Origin: Amoebophrya sp. A120
Lineage: Eukaryota; Protista; Dinoflagellata
Assembly: GCA_905178155.1 (NCBI GenBank)
Contig: CAJINV010000001.1
Coordinates: 11,030,311 to 11,094,310 of the forward strand
DNA: 64,000 nt
Direction of reading: 5' to 3'
A program made the position numbers and the translations under genes. Position 1 is the first letter of the stretch; each line of letters opens with the position of its first letter. Shown in pieces: positions 59,988 through 64,000 of this stretch. The notes beneath the pieces were generated by a model, which did not search any database, was not told the origin of the DNA, and saw nothing but the letters and a program-made list of their open reading frames with translations.

Positions 59988-62900
59988 ATGAGATTTGTAC
60001 GCCGGCCGTTGCCGTTTCTGTGTACCCGTCTTTTGACCCTAGCTGGAACCCTAGTTTGTTCTTTTTTGACAGCATCTTCTTCATCCCGAATTAGTGCGGC
60101 AAACTCAAGCAGTGACAATGATGACGGCTCGTCGGAGCGCGACACAGGCATTGTGGGAGTCGCTCGAGGGAACGGCGGCCATAGTCGTCCTCGTGGAGGA
60201 GCAGCACAGCGGCGTGGGAGGTCTCCAACACTCCGCGGGCATCAGCGACGGGGCAGAGATGCGCTCCTTGCTTCTTCCACGGCGAAGATGCCGGGAAGTT
60301 TCTCGCAGAGGCCCGCGGCGCAACACCGCGAGGACCCACAAGGCACTACACCACCAGATGCAGCGGCGAATCACTCATCTCCGCGGATTCTGGCAACGCA
60401 ACCTACAGGCAACACGCTTGTGCTGTTTGCCGGAACGGGTCAAGGTCATCAAAATCCACCGCTCCTGTTACCCGTCCTCGCGCCCACACGTGGTACAGAA
60501 GGCACAACAGCGCAGGACCTTGTTCGACAAGACGACGTAGACGTACCGCACCCTGCAGCGACAGCACAGCAGGCGTCTTCATCGGCTGCTGCCACTCTCT
60601 ACTGGGGAAACCCTTCAAGAGCGAGCCGCATCAATCAGTTGGGTGGTGCGGTTGATATCATGAACCCACGACGCCAACTAGATGAAGCTGACGCACATCA
60701 GGAATCGTCCTCCTCTGCAGGAGAAGATGAGACGGACCAAAGTTTTCCTGCACAGAATCTTCCGGCCTCTGTCCTTGAGGCAGTGGGAGGGCGGGCGAGG
60801 TATCCTGGTGAGCACCATAGTATACATGATCTCGCTCCCTTGGGCGTGGTTCCGCCTCCGCAGAAAACCCCACCGCGCAGTCCAATCTGGGCCGCGGCAG
60901 CGAAGGGCAAGGGCGAGCCCCCGCAGAAGGCTCCGCCCAAGTATATTCTTGCCGGCCGGTCTGCTCCGCCGCCCGTGACGCTGGAGGGCGATCTTTGCAC
61001 CCTCCCATCAGCTCCTTGCGTCGACCATGCGACATCAACCTCCAGTGCCGCTTCTTCGGTAAGAAGCCGACCCCCTGGGGGCGTTCCATCGTATACCTTG
61101 TTCGGGACGTCGCCGATTTGGAGCGAAAGGCGAAGCCCGGCACAAGCTCCGTGGCCCAATGCGAAGAGTGCATCTTCGGAGATGGACATTTTTTCCAGCA
61201 GTGAGCCTGAGCGCCTGGTGCTTCCACCGGCTGCGTCGACTTCGGCCAGCGATGTAGTCGCGGCACCTGTAGTCGTAGAAAAGCAAAAAATAGAAATTCT
61301 CTCTTCTGAAGAACGTGAACAGAGACGGCCATCTCCTCCACCAATGCCCCCACCAGGTCCCGAAGAGGCGCTGGAGCGAAATTCGCTGGGGAGCGGGACG
61401 GCACTTGATGGAGCAGGGGCGCGGGCCGCCGATGTTGCAAGTGCCACCGCTGGAACAACCCTCCTTTCCGGACTTCGTTTGGAAGCGAAACCCGAACCAC
61501 GGGAAATCGAGCGTGCGATGGATAAATCAGCTGCACCCGCCCGAAAAGGCGATTCTGAGGTGGAAGCGACCGTCGAGCATCTGGTGGCACCGGCCGACGC
61601 CTTGTCCTTCTCGTCCCTTTCAGCAGCGCCGGCCGCCTCGTCACGCAAGGGGTCCGCCTCCACCTCAGAAAGTTCTTCTTCGCCCTTTTTTGGTCCAGCG
61701 GCCACGGAGCTCGTGACCGGGTCTTTCCGAGCGCTGGAACAGGAGAGCCGTCAGGGGGATGTTTTGGCGAAAGAATCAGGCGAGACCGAGGCGACAGCAA
61801 CGCCGGAGGAGGCGGAGAAGGACAAACTACCCTCAACGCTAGCGGAGACGGAAAAAGAGCTAGTGGAAAAGATGATGAACTATTTCCCGAGAACTGGCCA
61901 CCCCCATTCACAAATTGTCACGAAAAACTACATGGACATGGAGTAGCATCGGCTTTTGTCATGCAAAAAGTGGACGGGCACGGGGATGATTAGTTTTCAG
62001 GGAATAGGACTCTGCAGCTGCTCACGAGCACGATCGACAAGATTTCCCGGGAAGGGAGGGAGGTAGCGGCCAACTACACTGCGGGCGTTCCGGGCAGTCT
62101 TCTCGCGAAGCTGGCCTCCCTCCAGGATGCTTGCTCCGAAGTGCATAAGGAACTTGCCTCGGCTGAAGCATCAGCGGCCGACGGCGGAACATCCGGCGCG
62201 TGTCGCCTCGCTCAGGACGGGGAACGGCCACAACAGCGTGATAAAGCCACTGAAACCAATGTTATTGTAGCAGCGCCGCAGGGCGATCGTTTGATGGAGC
62301 AGGCGGTGGAAGACGTCGCAGAGGGGTCTTCTGAACGCAAAACGTCAGCCAGCCAAGGAGTTCTTGATGCTAGTTCCTCAGCACAGAGAAAAACCGAGGT
62401 AGTCCATGTTGCAACCAAGACGAGAAAAAAGACAACAAATTTTTCAGCTGCTGGAACTGGCGGCCCCGGGACCAAGACGTCACCACAAGTCGCCACAACC
62501 AAAATAACTCAAGCGAAAAAGCAAGCGAATGACGGCAGCAGGGGAACAAGTGAAGAGGCAAACGATCGGGCTGTCGCGAGCAGCCACGAAGCTGCAAAAA
62601 CTGCAGGCGTACACGAAGATGAACGCGTTCAACAGAGATACGAGGATGCAATTAAAGAGAAAGACACGTCCGCGCGCCCAGCGTTGAAAACAGCTGCGCG
62701 CTCTAGTGCAGTCGGCCCGTCCGCCACTTCTGAGGCAAAGCCGGTGCAGCGCGGTGCGGCAGGTAAGACGCGAGCAAAGTCGCCTTTTGCCGGCCCACGG
62801 CGGCCACCGACACCGCCGAGATCAGACAATGGAGATTGTCGGGGGAAGAAGGAAGGCTTAAAGATTTCGAGTCCGACGAGTAGAGGCGAGGGAACATCCT

Positions 62901-63519
62901 TACCTGCGGAGGAGCACAGAGCAGGGGTGGATCGGGATGCGAGGGCAGCGAAACCGGAAATCGCTGCGCAACACCCACAAGGTGCAGGTAGGGCAGACAA
63001 TATCCAAATAGGACGAGGTATCGAAGATAGGCTTTTCTTTTTCTTGAACGCAGGCGAGCCTTTTTTCATCCTGTCAGAGCTGCTAGGAAAGAAGTTTGAA
63101 GTATTGCCAGCCTCCCCTAGTCAATTTTTTTGAGCCCTTCCGAAATTTACAATTTATTGTTCATAGTTTTCCAATAAAAAAATCCCTCACGACGACCTCC
63201 TATATTGGAGTTGCGGCTGCTCCCCGCGTTACATCACATCTACCATCATTGCAACGTGTTCAAATAGGTACAGGGAAATCCAGAAACACTTCCAGAAGCA
63301 AGTCCAGAAGCAAAGCCTCGTCATCGTCGAAAAAAGCTTCGCCCAATTCTCCAACCACACAGACAGGAGCCTCTCGCGTTTCCGAACGCGACCGTAAAAT
63401 GGACGAGCTCGCGCTCGCGGACAATCTGGCTGAGGGAATTGAAAAATCGCAGCAAAATGACCCGCGCGGGCAAAGAACAGCAGTGCCAGTTGCGCACCGC
63501 GTAGAAGCCCTCCCCGCAG
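59988..63519 (+). CDS. Hypothetical secreted low-complexity protein; exons 59988-~61880, ~62012-62987, 63268-63519, probably continuing 3'
   Basis: Signal-like N-terminus MRFVRRPLPFLCTRLLTLAGTLVCSFLTA. ORFs 59982, 62141 and 63096 are joined via the insertion at 61881-62011 and GT-AG intron 62988-63267. A further GTAC donor lies at 63520. Confidence 0.55.
61881..62006. mobile_element. TIR introner-like element 5 (most decayed)
   Basis: TATTTCCCGAGAACTGGCCACCCC vs the reverse complement of the 3' end TATTCCCTGAAAACTAATCATCCC (17/24, all differences transitions), TA...TA ends. TGTCATGCAAAAA is shared with element 2. Removing the element plus 5 nt restores the frame, but the direct repeat is not preserved (TGAAC/GGACT). 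Confidence 0.6.
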
Positions 63520-64000
63520 GTACAAGCTGTTGATCATACATTGCAGCCTGCTAAATTCTTACCTAGCTGTCTTTATTTTTTCATCTACATTTTGTTTCTT
63601 CTTTCTTTGTCTTTTTGATCTTGACTATGACACATAAATCCTCAACCAACGATGAGAACACTGATCCACTCCAAAGATCCAAAGCACACCTAAACGGGCA
63701 CGAACGTCACTAGTTCAATTCTACTTGAGTGAGAAAGCTAGAGAACCTGAAACAGGCTAAGCCGGGCACAGACGTCACGGCTAGGAATGTGATGGATCCC
63801 GCAGGCCCCAGATTTGCCTGCGCGCATAGTACCATCGACCTTTACTCTTCCAATGAACCCCAGGGCCCTTGATGTCAGTATTGGCACATACACACAAACA
63901 TACCTTTCTGCATATCTGCACCACCTCGAAGAGGTGTTGCGTTTACTCGTAGCGAGTTCTACCTCGTCGTTGGTTAGTTCGCATCTTCACATTGACTGAG

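Noticed and set aside
7073-62006. G:U-biased mismatches in the TIR arms as proof of RNA-level pairing
   Set aside because: The evidence is mixed: element 5 has 4 G:U and 3 C:A, element 2 has 2 G:U and 1 C:A, and element 4 has none. There are too few sites to claim a bias.
1-64000. Long minus-strand ORFs (e.g. 23515-24861, 47242-48291, 60658-61911, 20632-21396)
   Set aside because: They are antisense shadows of GC-rich plus-strand exons and contain no domains.
1-64000. CRISPR arrays, tRNA/rRNA genes, transposase or reverse-transcriptase ORFs, prokaryotic operons
   Set aside because: I saw no regularly spaced repeats, cloverleafs, rRNA-like sequence or DDE/RT motifs, and the region is intron-containing eukaryotic DNA.

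Overview
This is gene-dense eukaryotic nuclear DNA. All ~14 supportable protein genes lie on the + strand, and many of the proteins are inflated with low-complexity Ser/Ala/Gly-rich sequence. Introns come in two classes. About 21 are ordinary GT-AG introns, mostly with GTAC donors. Five others are intron-like insertions of 126-321 bp that start and end in TA, carry terminal inverted repeats, and are flanked by a perfect or decayed 5-bp direct repeat. Removing each element plus one repeat copy restores the reading frame exactly, without GT-AG ends. This architecture fits a parasitic Syndiniales dinoflagellate such as Amoebophrya, where co-oriented genes and non-canonical 'introner' introns are known; the taxon is my inference. 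Recognisable genes are a secreted GH31 glycosidase, a ~3300-aa cytosolic carboxypeptidase (CCP/AGBL), a coiled-coil MIB/HERC2-domain protein, RRP6, a glutathione S-transferase, a Mic19/CHCHD3-like twin-CX9C protein, a small stand-alone 2Fe-2S protein and a ZBBX-like SAM/zinc-finger protein. There is also a possible MUS81 N-terminal fragment and several unknown proteins. All exon models were derived by hand from frame continuity and need RNA confirmation.
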